Positions 24,014 to 31,886 of a DNA stretch of 35,111 nt are shown piece by piece; positions within the stretch are counted from its first letter, which is position 1; each line of letters starts with the position of its first letter. This DNA comes from Nitrospirae bacterium CG1_02_44_142 (lineage in GTDB: Bacteria > Nitrospirota > Thermodesulfovibrionia > Thermodesulfovibrionales > UBA1546): positions 1 through 35,111 of the forward strand of contig MNVK01000010.1 in the NCBI GenBank assembly GCA_001871685.1, written 5' to 3'. Under the pieces are notes generated by a model. It worked only from the letters and a program-made list of their open reading frames with translations. It was not told the origin of the DNA and made no database searches. Both the position numbers and the translations under genes were made by a program.

Positions 24014-24111
24014 TGGCGGGAGCGTGTGGGAATCGAACCCACCCTTCCGGTTTGTGGCCGGAAACACCGGCTTTGAAGGCCGGGAGGGACACCAGAACCC
24101 TATGCACTCCC
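24014..24111 (-). tRNA. selC: tRNA-Sec (selenocysteine, anticodon UCA)
   Basis: The 98-nt minus-strand sequence runs GGGAGTGCATAGGGTTCTGGTGTCCCTCCCGGCCTTCAAAGCCGGTGTTTCCGGCCACAAACCGGAAGGGTGGGTTCGATTCCCACACGCTCCCGCCA. The anticodon stem CCGGC/GCCGG carries loop CUUCAAA. It has a long extra arm (TTCCGG/CCGGAA), a T-arm GTGGG/CCCAC and a G73-CCA end. Confidence 0.85.
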
Positions 24112-24283
24112 AATGTTGATTATTTTATCAGAACGGCGGGTTAATTTGTAGTTCTAATTCTTTAAACGCGTCATCATGCGCCTGGAGCTCTTTTTGGGTG
24201 TAATAATATTCTTCCTCAGCCGCATTGCGTTTATCATCCAATGATGAAGATTATTGCATAGTTCAGGTCTTCGGGTGAGGATT

Positions 24284-26305
24284 TTATTTTATTCCTATCT
24301 CAATCATCTTATTTTTTATCTCTTTAATTCTGTCCCTTATTGCCGCTGCTCGTTCAAAATCAAGTTTCTTGGCAGCCTCTTTCATCTCCCCCTCAAGCCT
24401 TTTAAGCGTTTCATCGTCATATCCGTATTCTGCCTTTTCCTCTGCCGTGACAGGCACTGTCCAGTAATCCGATTCATAGATGGAGCTTAATATATCCTTT
24501 ATATTGCTTTTGACGGTTTCAGGTGTAATATTCATATCTCTGTTGTATCTTGTCTGTATATTCCTCCTCCTGTTTGTCTCATCCAGAGTCCTTTTTATAG
24601 AGCTCGTTATTTTGTCTGCATACAGAATTGCTTCTCCATTTATATGCCTTGCCGCACGGCCTACGGTCTGTATCAAAGAGCGCTCTGAACGGAGAAAGCC
24701 TTCTTTGTCGGCGTCCAATATCGCAACCAGCGACACCTCGGGAATGTCCAGCCCTTCCCTGAGGAGGTTTACTCCTATAAGCACGTCAAATTCCCCGAGT
24801 CTCAGGTCCCTTATTATCTCAACACGCTTAAGCGTATCTATGTCTGAATGCAGGTATCTCACTCTTATCCCGAGATTGGCATAGTAGTCGGCTAAATCCT
24901 CCGCCATTTTTTTTGTAAGCGTTGTAACAAGCACGCGCTCGCTATCTGCCGCTCTCTTCCTTATTTCCTCTAACAAGTCGTCAACCTGAGACGATATGGG
25001 TTTTACTGTTATTTTCGGGTCAATAAGTCCTGTGGGCCTTATAATCTGCTCTATAACCCTTCCTTCTGAGTTTTCTATTTCATACTGCCCCGGTGTGGCA
25101 GAGACATAGATGGCCTGTTTTATTCTGTGTTCAAATTCCATAAAGGTCAGAGGCCTGTTGTCAAGAGCTGAGGGCAGCCTGAATCCGTAATCAGCGAGCG
25201 TCTGTTTTCTTGAGCGGTCGCCTGCATACATGCCTCCTATCTGGGGGACAGTTGCATGGGACTCGTCTATTACAATCAGAAAGTCTTCGGGGAAATAGTC
25301 AATAAGTGTGTATGGCGGCTCTCCCGCAGCCCTTCCGCTCAGATGCCTTGAATAGTTTTCAATGCCGTGGCAGTAGCCGAATTCCCTGAGCATCTCAAGG
25401 TCAAACCTGGTCCTCTGCTCAATCCGCCGCGCCTCAACGATTTTCTTTTCCTTCAAGAAAAATTCAATCCTCTCGTTCATCTCAGTCTCTATACACTTTA
25501 AAGCAGGCTCAAGCTTTTCCCTTGGGGTTATCCAGTGGCTGTTCGGGAACAGCGCAATCTTCTCAAGCCTACCCGTTCTTTCGCCTGTCAGGTTGTCAAA
25601 TTCATTGATTGCATCAATATCGCTGCCGAAGAACTCAATCCTTACCGCCTTATCAAGAGAAAAGGGCGGATAGACTTCCACAGTATCCCCCCTTACCCTG
25701 AAGGTCCCCCTCCTGAAGTCCGCATCAGCGCGCGCATACTGCATCTCAACAAGCCTTTTCAGCAGCTCATCTCTCTCTGTATGCATCCCTTCCTCTATCG
25801 TAAGATGCATGTTCATATAATCCTCCGGCGAACCGATGCCGTATATGCAAGAAACTGACGCAACAATGATTGTGTCTCTTCTTTCAAGCGCTGCCCTTGT
25901 TGCTGAATGCCGCAGCCTGTCTATGTCGTCGTTTATTGAGGAATCCTTTGCTATATATGTGTCAGTGGTAGGAATATAAGCCTCGGGCTGATAGTAGTCA
26001 TAATAGCTCACAAAAAACTCTACTGCATTTTCCGGAAATAACTCCTTGAACTCGCCGTAAAGCTGTGCGGCAAGTGTCTTGTTATGAGCTATGACAAGAG
26101 CGGGCCTGTTCACATTTGCAATGATATTTGCTATTGTGAATGTCTTGCCCGAGCCTGTTACTCCGAGAAGCGTCTGATGCTTCAGCTTTTTTCCTATGCC
26201 GTTGGTAAGTTCTTTTATTGCGTTGGGCTGGTCGCCTTTTGGCGTGAGAACTGTGGAGATTCTGAAATTGTCCATAGGAAATTCTAACCCGAATGATGCA
26301 GACAT
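24284..26305 (-). CDS. uvrB: Excinuclease ABC subunit B
   Basis: 673 aa. It carries PKGDQPNAI, the Walker A motif GVTGSGKT, the helicase motif DESH, and the C-terminal UVR domain ([24 protein letters not shown]). The true start is probably the ATG at 26275 (MDNFRIST...). Confidence 0.95.
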   Translation of the reverse strand: MSASFGLEFPMDNFRISTVLTPKGDQPNAIKELTNGIGKKLKHQTLLGVTGSGKTFTIANIIANVNRPALVIAHNKTLAAQLYGEFKELFPENAVEFFVSYYDYYQPEAYIPTTDTYIAKDSSINDDIDRLRHSATRAALERRDTIIVASVSCIYGIGSPEDYMNMHLTIEEGMHTERDELLKRLVEMQYARADADFRRGTFRVRGDTVEVYPPFSLDKAVRIEFFGSDIDAINEFDNLTGERTGRLEKIALFPNSHWITPREKLEPALKCIETEMNERIEFFLKEKKIVEARRIEQRTRFDLEMLREFGYCHGIENYSRHLSGRAAGEPPYTLIDYFPEDFLIVIDESHATVPQIGGMYAGDRSRKQTLADYGFRLPSALDNRPLTFMEFEHRIKQAIYVSATPGQYEIENSEGRVIEQIIRPTGLIDPKITVKPISSQVDDLLEEIRKRAADSERVLVTTLTKKMAEDLADYYANLGIRVRYLHSDIDTLKRVEIIRDLRLGEFDVLIGVNLLREGLDIPEVSLVAILDADKEGFLRSERSLIQTVGRAARHINGEAILYADKITSSIKRTLDETNRRRNIQTRYNRDMNITPETVKSNIKDILSSIYESDYWTVPVTAEEKAEYGYDDETLKRLEGEMKEAAKKLDFERAAAIRDRIKEIKNKMIEIGIK

Positions 26306-26327
26306 TGCACGTCCGAAACTTTCCCCA

Positions 26328-26499
26328 AATCCCGATTTAGACTTGCTCCCGGCGCGTCTTTGCTGTCATTGCGAGAACCCGAAGGGTTCTCGCAATCTTT
26401 CTGCAAAGGCTTGAGATTGACCTTCACCCCAAAAAGTCTTTGACTTTTTGGGGACCCCGGCTTCGCTTCGCTCGCAATGACAATTTCTATATCGGGATT
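26328..26499. repeat. Composite nested-palindrome element in the uvrB / dsrH-like intergenic region
   Basis: The outer 9-bp inverted repeat is AATCCCGAT (26328-26336) / ATCGGGATT (26491-26499). The inner 11-bp inverted repeat is GTCATTGCGAG (26365-26375) / CTCGCAATGAC (26471-26481). There are two perfect internal hairpins. ATTGCGAGAACCC-GAA-GGGTTCTCGCAAT lies at 26368-26396. CCCCAAAAAGTC-TTT-GACTTTTTGGGG lies at 26427-26453. Confidence 0.8.
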
Positions 26500-26516
26500 C
26501 GGGCTTTCTAACGGGG

Positions 26517-26546
26517 TTGACAAATTGGCAAATAACTTGGTATAAA
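26517..26546 (+). promoter_or_regulatory. Putative sigma70 promoter of the dsrH/E/F-like-tusA operon
   Basis: The plus strand reads TTGACA (26517-26522), an 18-nt spacer ending in TGG (extended -10), then TATAAA (26541-26546). Confidence 0.55.
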
Positions 26547-26602
26547 ATACAACTCTGTGGGAAATTTTCTTTAGAAAAAATCTAACTATGGGAGGGAGCG
26601 GC

Positions 26603-26899
26603 ATGAAATTAGCTGTATTTGTCAGCGATTTTAAATTGGCAAGTGATACGCTGGACAGATTAAAGGCTGATAAACTTGGCATTATATTTGTGGCAAACGG
26701 CGTTTATCACGCAACTACCAAAGAAAACGGTAAAGCGTCTCATCTGCTTGAGAAAACACCAAACCTGTATGCAATGTCCGAGGATATACAGACAAGAGGG
26801 ATGAAGGATGCGGATGTTGACAAGCGAGTAAGGGTTGTGAATTACGGCGATGTGGTGGACCTTATCTTTAACGAATACGATAAAACAGCTTGGCTTTAG
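26603..26899 (+). CDS. DsrH/TusB-like small sulfur-relay protein
   Basis: The track ORF starts at 26588. The ATG at 26603 follows GGGAGGGAG. The product MKLAVFVS...LGIIFVANGVYHAT resembles the DsrH/TusB pattern (..LLieDGVY.a). The context includes DsrE/F-like and TusA genes. Confidence 0.55.
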   Translation: MKLAVFVSDFKLASDTLDRLKADKLGIIFVANGVYHATTKENGKASHLLEKTPNLYAMSEDIQTRGMKDADVDKRVRVVNYGDVVDLIFNEYDKTAWL

Positions 26900-26909
26900 G
26901 AGGTAGAAG

Positions 26910-27269
26910 ATGGCGACTTTAACTATAGGATGTTTTCCGGGACTTGTGGGCAATATGACTTATGACTTTGCCTTGAAACTTGCCGAGGCCGCAGTAAATA
27001 AAGGGCATAAAGTGAATATCTGGTTTTCGGGCAACGCAGTCGGTTCTGTCAAGGCGCATCAGAAGCACTTAAAAGACTACTCAACAGGCGAGAAACATTT
27101 AAAGGCGCTTATTGAAAAGGGCGTGGAAATATGCACATGCGAGGCTTGCACAGTGGCAAGGGGCATTCAGAAACCTGAAGGCATAGAGAAGGTGCAGTGG
27201 AATGCCATGCACTGGTATCTCGCAAAGATACATGCCTCGGACAGAGTCCTTCAGATAGGAGGCGAATAA
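26910..27269 (+). CDS. DsrE/TusD-like sulfurtransferase subunit
   Basis: 119 aa with an AGGAGG ribosome-binding site. It has a DsrE-family fold signature and a Cys-containing segment, CTCEACTVARGI, at the position of the DsrE active-site Cys (C...a..RG). Confidence 0.6.
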   Translation: MATLTIGCFPGLVGNMTYDFALKLAEAAVNKGHKVNIWFSGNAVGSVKAHQKHLKDYSTGEKHLKALIEKGVEICTCEACTVARGIQKPEGIEKVQWNAMHWYLAKIHASDRVLQIGGE

Positions 27270-27270
27270 G

Positions 27271-27681
27271 ATGGGTGATGTAAAACTTGCTTATATAGTA
27301 CAAAAACCTCAGTACAAAGGTGAGACGTCAAGGCTTGCGATAACACATGCGATAGCTTATCAGACTGTTGAAATACTGCTTGACGATGGCGATACCGTAA
27401 CGCCGACATTGTGTTTTATAGGCGAAGGGGTGCTGGGGCTTCAAAAGGGGCAGAAGGCAATGGACTTCTACGGCATAACGAGCACGGAGACCCATATTAA
27501 AAATTGTCTCCTTGTGGACCTGGATGTGCTTGTCTGCAAAGAAGACCTTGCTAAATACGGCATAACCGAGGATTTAATGCCTGATGCCGATGAGATGGGA
27601 GCTGACAAGAAGATAAGAGTTGCGCCGTTTTCTGAGATACAGAAAGCAATGGAAGACGCAAAACACATATTATTCTTTTAA
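27271..27681 (+). CDS. DsrF/TusC-like subunit
   Basis: 136 aa with an AGGAGG ribosome-binding site. VLVCKEDLAKYGI resembles the TusC/DsrF v.vCeeDl..RGl segment. Confidence 0.55.
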   Translation: MGDVKLAYIVQKPQYKGETSRLAITHAIAYQTVEILLDDGDTVTPTLCFIGEGVLGLQKGQKAMDFYGITSTETHIKNCLLVDLDVLVCKEDLAKYGITEDLMPDADEMGADKKIRVAPFSEIQKAMEDAKHILFF

Positions 27682-27700
27682 ATAAAAAAGGAGGTTTAAA

Positions 27701-27952
27701 ATGGGTGAACTTAGCAGCAAAACACCGGACCAGGTGCTTGATGTATTGGGCAGGGTATGTCCCTATCCGTTAGTGCTGGCAAAAAAAGCAGTTGAGAAAA
27801 TGTCAAGCGGACAGATATTGAAGATACTCTGTGATGCGCCTGCGTCAGCAGAAGATTCTCTTCCAAAATGGTCTGAAAAGCAGGGCCATAAGTTTGAGTC
27901 GGTAAAAGACGAGGCTAAAGGCTCCTGGGATATTTATATCCAGAAGGGTTAA
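27701..27952 (+). CDS. tusA: TusA-family sulfur carrier
   Basis: 83 aa. LDVLGRVCPYPLVLAKKAVEKM contains the TusA CPxP active-site motif. It has a strong ribosome-binding site (AAGGAGG). Confidence 0.85.
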   Translation: MGELSSKTPDQVLDVLGRVCPYPLVLAKKAVEKMSSGQILKILCDAPASAEDSLPKWSEKQGHKFESVKDEAKGSWDIYIQKG

Positions 27953-27966
27953 GGTTTTCTGATTTA

Positions 27967-28006
27967 AAAGGGGGTGAAATTCTTGGATTTCACCCCCTTT
28001 TTTGTT
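27967..28006 (+). terminator. Rho-independent terminator after tusA
   Basis: The sequence is AAAAGGGGGTGAAAT-TCTTGG-ATTTCACCCCCTTTTTTG. It forms a 15-bp stem followed by a T-run. Confidence 0.85.
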
Positions 28007-28061
28007 TTCTCGCTTAAACCAATCCTGCCTATTGCTGCCTTAGAGAATCCAATAAAATATT

Positions 28062-28089
28062 TTGAATAATAACCCAACAGCAGTATAAT
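28062..28089 (+). promoter_or_regulatory. Sigma70-type promoter placed for a leaderless usp transcript
   Basis: The plus strand reads TTGAAT (28062-28067), a 16-nt spacer, then TATAAT (28084-28089). The usp ATG at 28096 is only 6 nt downstream of the -10 element, and there is no Shine-Dalgarno sequence. Confidence 0.55.
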
Positions 28090-28095
28090 CTATGT

Positions 28096-28935
28096 ATGTA
28101 TAAAAGAATTCTTACCGCAGTAAATGAGCACCTTAACTCAGAGGTTACCGCGCGGTATGCAATGAATCTTGCAAGGGTAAGCGGGGCGCGGCTTTATCTC
28201 TGTTTTGTTGCTGAGAAAGGAATGGCAGCTTCCACAATTGACAGGGCGGAGGAAGCGATGAAGCGCATATTCATTGAAGCGGGGGAAATTGGCATAGAGA
28301 TAGAGGCTGTAACAGAGACAGGAGACCCCGTGAAAAAAATAAGCGAACTTGTAAGAGGCGAGAGGATAGATATTGTCTTTGCCTCAACAAGAAAGGAAGA
28401 TATTGAAAGGAGGTTTTATGCCGGCACTATTGCGAGACGGCTTTCTCTCAGCCTTCCCTGTTCCACAGCTATTGTCAGAGTAGTGCACACAGGCAGGATA
28501 CGCCCGAGAGAGATACTTGTCCCCCTCAAGGCGAGGATTGACCATGTTCAAGAAAGGGCATATTTTACGGCAAAGCTCGCTCAGGCATTCGGCTCAAAGG
28601 TCTTTCTATTCCACTCTCCTGAAGCGGCGTCAAAATTTTTTCATGGAGAAATTCATCTAACGCCGCTTGAATGGGAAGAGAAACTCCCCGATGATATATC
28701 GGACTTTATGGAGTATATGCAGAAATACAGGATTGCACATGCGGGGAGGTCTGTTCCGGGAAGCACAGGCAGGGTGATTGCGATAGAGGCCTTCTCTAAA
28801 AGGCATGACCTTATAATAATGGGGGCCAGCCGGAGGAGCATGCTGAGTTCTATATTAAAAGGCAATCCTGTTGAGGAAGTGCTGAGAGAAACGCCCTGCG
28901 ATATGATAATACTAAAGCCGCGAGTTTCTATATAG
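28096..28935 (+). CDS. Universal stress protein, tandem UspA domains
   Basis: 279 aa. It has two USP-like halves (YKRILTAVNEH... and ILVPLKARIDH...). The C-terminal segment GASRRSMLSSILKGNPVEEVLRETPCDMIILK is the typical USP ATP-binding tail. Confidence 0.8.
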   Translation: MYKRILTAVNEHLNSEVTARYAMNLARVSGARLYLCFVAEKGMAASTIDRAEEAMKRIFIEAGEIGIEIEAVTETGDPVKKISELVRGERIDIVFASTRKEDIERRFYAGTIARRLSLSLPCSTAIVRVVHTGRIRPREILVPLKARIDHVQERAYFTAKLAQAFGSKVFLFHSPEAASKFFHGEIHLTPLEWEEKLPDDISDFMEYMQKYRIAHAGRSVPGSTGRVIAIEAFSKRHDLIIMGASRRSMLSSILKGNPVEEVLRETPCDMIILKPRVSI

Positions 28936-29097
28936 ACATGGACGGCATAACATTTTCGCTCATTCTCGCCCCGAGCTGCTCGGGACTCCGAGGGCTTTTG
29001 CCTTTACCCCCCTTAAATTCCCCCCTTGCCAAGGGGGGATATAGAGGGGTGGAATATCGGCAAAAGAATCCGCTCAAATGCCATGCCGTCCATGTCT
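28934..29097. mobile_element. 164-bp MITE-like element with perfect 15-bp terminal inverted repeats
   Basis: AGACATGGACGGCAT (28934-28948) pairs with ATGCCGTCCATGTCT (29083-29097). Internally it holds the hairpin CCCGAGC-TG-CTCGGG (28970-28984). It also holds the nested G/C-run palindrome C6-TTAAATT-C6-TTGCCAA-G6-ATATAGA-G4 (29007-29049). It has no coding capacity. Confidence 0.7.
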
Positions 29098-29111
29098 TAG
29101 GTTTATAGCAT

Positions 29112-31829
29112 ATGAAAATACATAATCTCACAAGAGAAGAAGTCTTACGCACACTTGTTACGTCAGAGGACGGGCTTTCAGAAGAGGAGGCTAAAAGGCG
29201 GCTTTCCGAATTCGGCTTTAACGAGATAAAAGAGGCAAAGAAAAAACCTCTCTATATCAAATTCTTTAAACAGTTCACTCATTTTTTAGCGCTGCTCCTC
29301 TGGGCCGCAGCCTTCATGTCATTTTTGTCTGAATACCTCCATCCGGGCGAGGGCATGCTCACCCTCGGCATAGCGATAATAGCCGTCATATTCATTAATG
29401 CAGGGTTCACCTTTATTCAGGAATACCGCGCTGAAAAGGCGCTTGAAGAATTAAAAAAACTACTTCCATTTTATGTGAAGGTTTTAAGAGACGGGAAAGA
29501 AAAAGAAATCTATGCGCGTGATGTGGTCCACGGCGACGTCATCCTGCTTTCAGAGGGCGATAAAGTCCCTGCCGATGCAAGACTAATAGAAACTTCAGGG
29601 TTGAGGGTGAACAACGCGCCTCTTACGGGTGAGTCAGAACCGATGCTGAGAAGGCATGAGGCATATGAGGGAGAGTTTATTGAGAGCCATAATATTGTCT
29701 TTGCAGGCACGGCAGTTGTGAGCGGTTCAGGAAGGGCGGTCTCATTTGCAACGGGAATGCAGACAGAGTTCGGGCGCATAGCGCACCTGACAGGCGCTGT
29801 AGAGGCAGGCCTCAGCCCTCTTCAAAAAGAAATTGTTAAGGCTACAAGAGTCATTGCCGTAATAGCTGCTGTGGTTGGCGTATTCTTTTTTTCCCTGGGT
29901 TTTTTAATAGGAAGTAATTTTTGGGACAACTTTATATTTGCCATCGGGATAACAGTGGCGCTTATCCCTGAAGGGATGCTTCCTACTGTAACGCTTGCCC
30001 TTGCCATGGGAAGCCAGAGGATGGCGAAGAGAAAGGCATTAATTAAAACCCTGACTTCTGTTGAAACGCTCGGCTCTGTAACCGTGATATGCACAGATAA
30101 GACAGGAACACTTACTCAGAACAAGATGACCGCAACAAAGGTATGGACTATTGATGATGAAGAAGAAGCGCGAGAGAGTTTGCTGAAAACAGCTTGCCTC
30201 TGCAACAACGCGCGGTTTATTGAAGGACAATACAGGGGGGATCCAACAGAAGCGGCGCTGCTTAAGGCTGCAAGGGAAACAATAGGAGATTTTAAAGGTG
30301 AACGCATAGCGGAGATACCTTTTGACTCCGACAGAAAGATGATGACCACAGTATACAAGATGCAGGATTCAGGATTCAGGATTCAGGATGAAAAAAATCG
30401 TGCATCAGGCATCATGCATCGTGTATCCTTTGTTTCCTTCACAAAAGGCGCTATGGAAAGTGTCCTTCCCTTATGCAGCCATTTGCTGATTGATGGCAAA
30501 GAAGCGCTGCTGGATGAAAAGATAAGGAAAAGAATCAACGATGAATATCATGCCATGATGGATAAGGGGCTGAGGGTGCTTGCCTTTGCATACAAAGAGC
30601 TCAAGGAAAATTCAAAATTTAAAATTCAAAATTTAAAACTGGAAAGTGAAAAGTTAGAGAACTCCGAACTTGAAAGTGATATGGTCTTTGCGGGATTAGC
30701 AGGGCTTGAAGACCCTCCAAGGCCGGAGGCGCCGGAGGCAATCAGAAAATGTCACGAAGCCGGGATAAAGGTAATAATGATAACGGGAGACGCAAGCAGG
30801 ACTGCGGTTGCAATTGCAAGGGAAATAGGGCTTGTTAAAGGGAACCCTGTTGTTATTGAAGGGCCTGAGTTTATCCGGATGAGCGATAAGGAATTGAGGG
30901 GAAAACTTTCAGAGAAAGAGGTTATATTTGCCCGGATGACGCCCAAGCACAAGATGAGGGTTGTATCAATATTGAAAGAAGAAGGCGAGGTTGTGGCTGT
31001 GACGGGAGACGGCGTTAATGATGCCCCTGCGCTTAAAATGGCTGATATCGGGATAGCTATGGGAATATCCGGAACCAGTGTCGCAAAAGAGGCGTCTGAT
31101 ATGGTTCTGCTTGATGACAATTTTGCGACTATTGTCAATGCAGTTGAAGAAGGAAGAACAGTATATGAGAATATCAAGAAGTTCATAACGTATATCTTTG
31201 CATCCAATATTCCGGAGGCCGTGCCTTATCTTGCATATATCCTTTTTAAAATACCGCTGCCGCTTACGATAATGCAGATACTTGCAGTGGACCTCGGCAC
31301 AGACATGCTCCCCGCCCTGGCGCTCGGCGCAGAAAGACCGATGCCGGGGATAATGAAACAGCCGCCGAGAAAATTACAGGAAAGACTGCTGAATTTTTCT
31401 TTAATCAGCCGGGCATATCTCTTCCTCGGCCCTATTGAGGCTGCCGCATGTATGTTCGGATATTTCTATGTGATGGTCAATGGAGGCTGGAGATGGGGCG
31501 AGATGCTTTCGCCAAACAATATCCTTTACATGCAGGCGACAACAGCCTGCCTTACTGCAATAATAATCACCCAGATAGGGAATGTCTTTGCATGCCGCTC
31601 ACTGAAGGAATCCGTATTCAGCATAGGATTCTTTACAAACAGGCTGATATTTTTAGGCATTGCCGTAGAGCTTCTGCTCCAATTATTGATTGTCTATCAT
31701 CCGTGGGGGAATAAGATATTCGGCACATATCCCATATCTCTCAGCGCATGGCTTGTCCTGATTCCCTTTGCAGTTTTCCTGCTGTTTGCTGATGAAGTGA
31801 GAAAGCGGATAAGGGTTTTGTCTCCTTGA
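29112..31829 (+). CDS. P-type cation-transporting ATPase (type II, Ca2+/Mg2+-ATPase-like)
   Basis: 905 aa. It has a Cation_ATPase_N-type start (LTREEVLRTLVTSEDGLSEEEAKRRL), TGES, the phosphorylation site DKTGTLT, KGA, the hinge TGDGVNDAPAL and about 10 TM segments. There are two repeat-derived in-frame insertions in the N-domain. Confidence 0.9.
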   Translation: MKIHNLTREEVLRTLVTSEDGLSEEEAKRRLSEFGFNEIKEAKKKPLYIKFFKQFTHFLALLLWAAAFMSFLSEYLHPGEGMLTLGIAIIAVIFINAGFTFIQEYRAEKALEELKKLLPFYVKVLRDGKEKEIYARDVVHGDVILLSEGDKVPADARLIETSGLRVNNAPLTGESEPMLRRHEAYEGEFIESHNIVFAGTAVVSGSGRAVSFATGMQTEFGRIAHLTGAVEAGLSPLQKEIVKATRVIAVIAAVVGVFFFSLGFLIGSNFWDNFIFAIGITVALIPEGMLPTVTLALAMGSQRMAKRKALIKTLTSVETLGSVTVICTDKTGTLTQNKMTATKVWTIDDEEEARESLLKTACLCNNARFIEGQYRGDPTEAALLKAARETIGDFKGERIAEIPFDSDRKMMTTVYKMQDSGFRIQDEKNRASGIMHRVSFVSFTKGAMESVLPLCSHLLIDGKEALLDEKIRKRINDEYHAMMDKGLRVLAFAYKELKENSKFKIQNLKLESEKLENSELESDMVFAGLAGLEDPPRPEAPEAIRKCHEAGIKVIMITGDASRTAVAIAREIGLVKGNPVVIEGPEFIRMSDKELRGKLSEKEVIFARMTPKHKMRVVSILKEEGEVVAVTGDGVNDAPALKMADIGIAMGISGTSVAKEASDMVLLDDNFATIVNAVEEGRTVYENIKKFITYIFASNIPEAVPYLAYILFKIPLPLTIMQILAVDLGTDMLPALALGAERPMPGIMKQPPRKLQERLLNFSLISRAYLFLGPIEAAACMFGYFYVMVNGGWRWGEMLSPNNILYMQATTACLTAIIITQIGNVFACRSLKESVFSIGFFTNRLIFLGIAVELLLQLLIVYHPWGNKIFGTYPISLSAWLVLIPFAVFLLFADEVRKRIRVLSP
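30363..30428. repeat. Heptamer-array hairpin inserted in the ATPase N-domain
   Basis: The sequence 3x CAGGATT + CAGGATG occupies 30363-30390. The loop is AAAAAAAT. The degenerate complementary arm CGTGCATCAGGCATCATGCATCGTGTATCC occupies 30399-28. About 15 of 21 positions are complementary. The 66 nt (22 codons) are translated as ..QDSGFRIQDEKNRASGIMHRVS.. Confidence 0.8.
30607..30638. repeat. Tandem heptamers AAAATTC/AAAATTT x4 inside the ATPase
   Basis: The sequence is AAAATTC AAAATTT AAAATTC AAAATTT AAAA. It is translated as NSKFKIQNLK and is followed by the low-complexity stretch LESEKLENSELES. Confidence 0.75.
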
Positions 31830-31855
31830 CTTGACTGAGAGGCAATCATTATACT
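31826..31855 (+). promoter_or_regulatory. Putative promoter of lysS
   Basis: The plus strand reads TTGACT (31826-31831, overlapping the ATPase stop), an 18-nt spacer, then TATACT (31850-31855). Confidence 0.45.
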
Positions 31856-31886
31856 TTTAACTTGCACATAAAATTTTACAGGGGAA

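Noticed and set aside
24112-24283. Possible small minus-strand ORF downstream of uvrB (LDDKRNAAEEEYYYTQKELQAHDDAFKELELQINPPF, TTG start)
   Set aside because: It is short, has a non-ATG start with no ribosome-binding site, and shows no recognisable family. It could be a gene remnant, but I cannot support it.
26374-26390. GAAC-N7-GTTC upstream of uvrB as a possible LexA (Cheo-type) box
   Set aside because: The spacing is 7 nt rather than 4 nt. The sequence is simply the stem of the 13-bp perfect hairpin belonging to the repeat family.
26284-26682. 132-aa minus-strand ORF and 26196-26414 plus-strand ORF across the uvrB/dsr intergenic region
   Set aside because: Their translations (VIASEAKPGSPKSQ..., [11 protein letters not shown]...) are readings of the palindromic repeats. 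They also overlap the uvrB start and the dsrH-like start.
28928-29152. 74-aa minus-strand ORF (…PPLARGEFKGGKGKSP…)
   Set aside because: It lies within the MITE-like element and overlaps the ATPase start. It is a repeat-derived reading frame.
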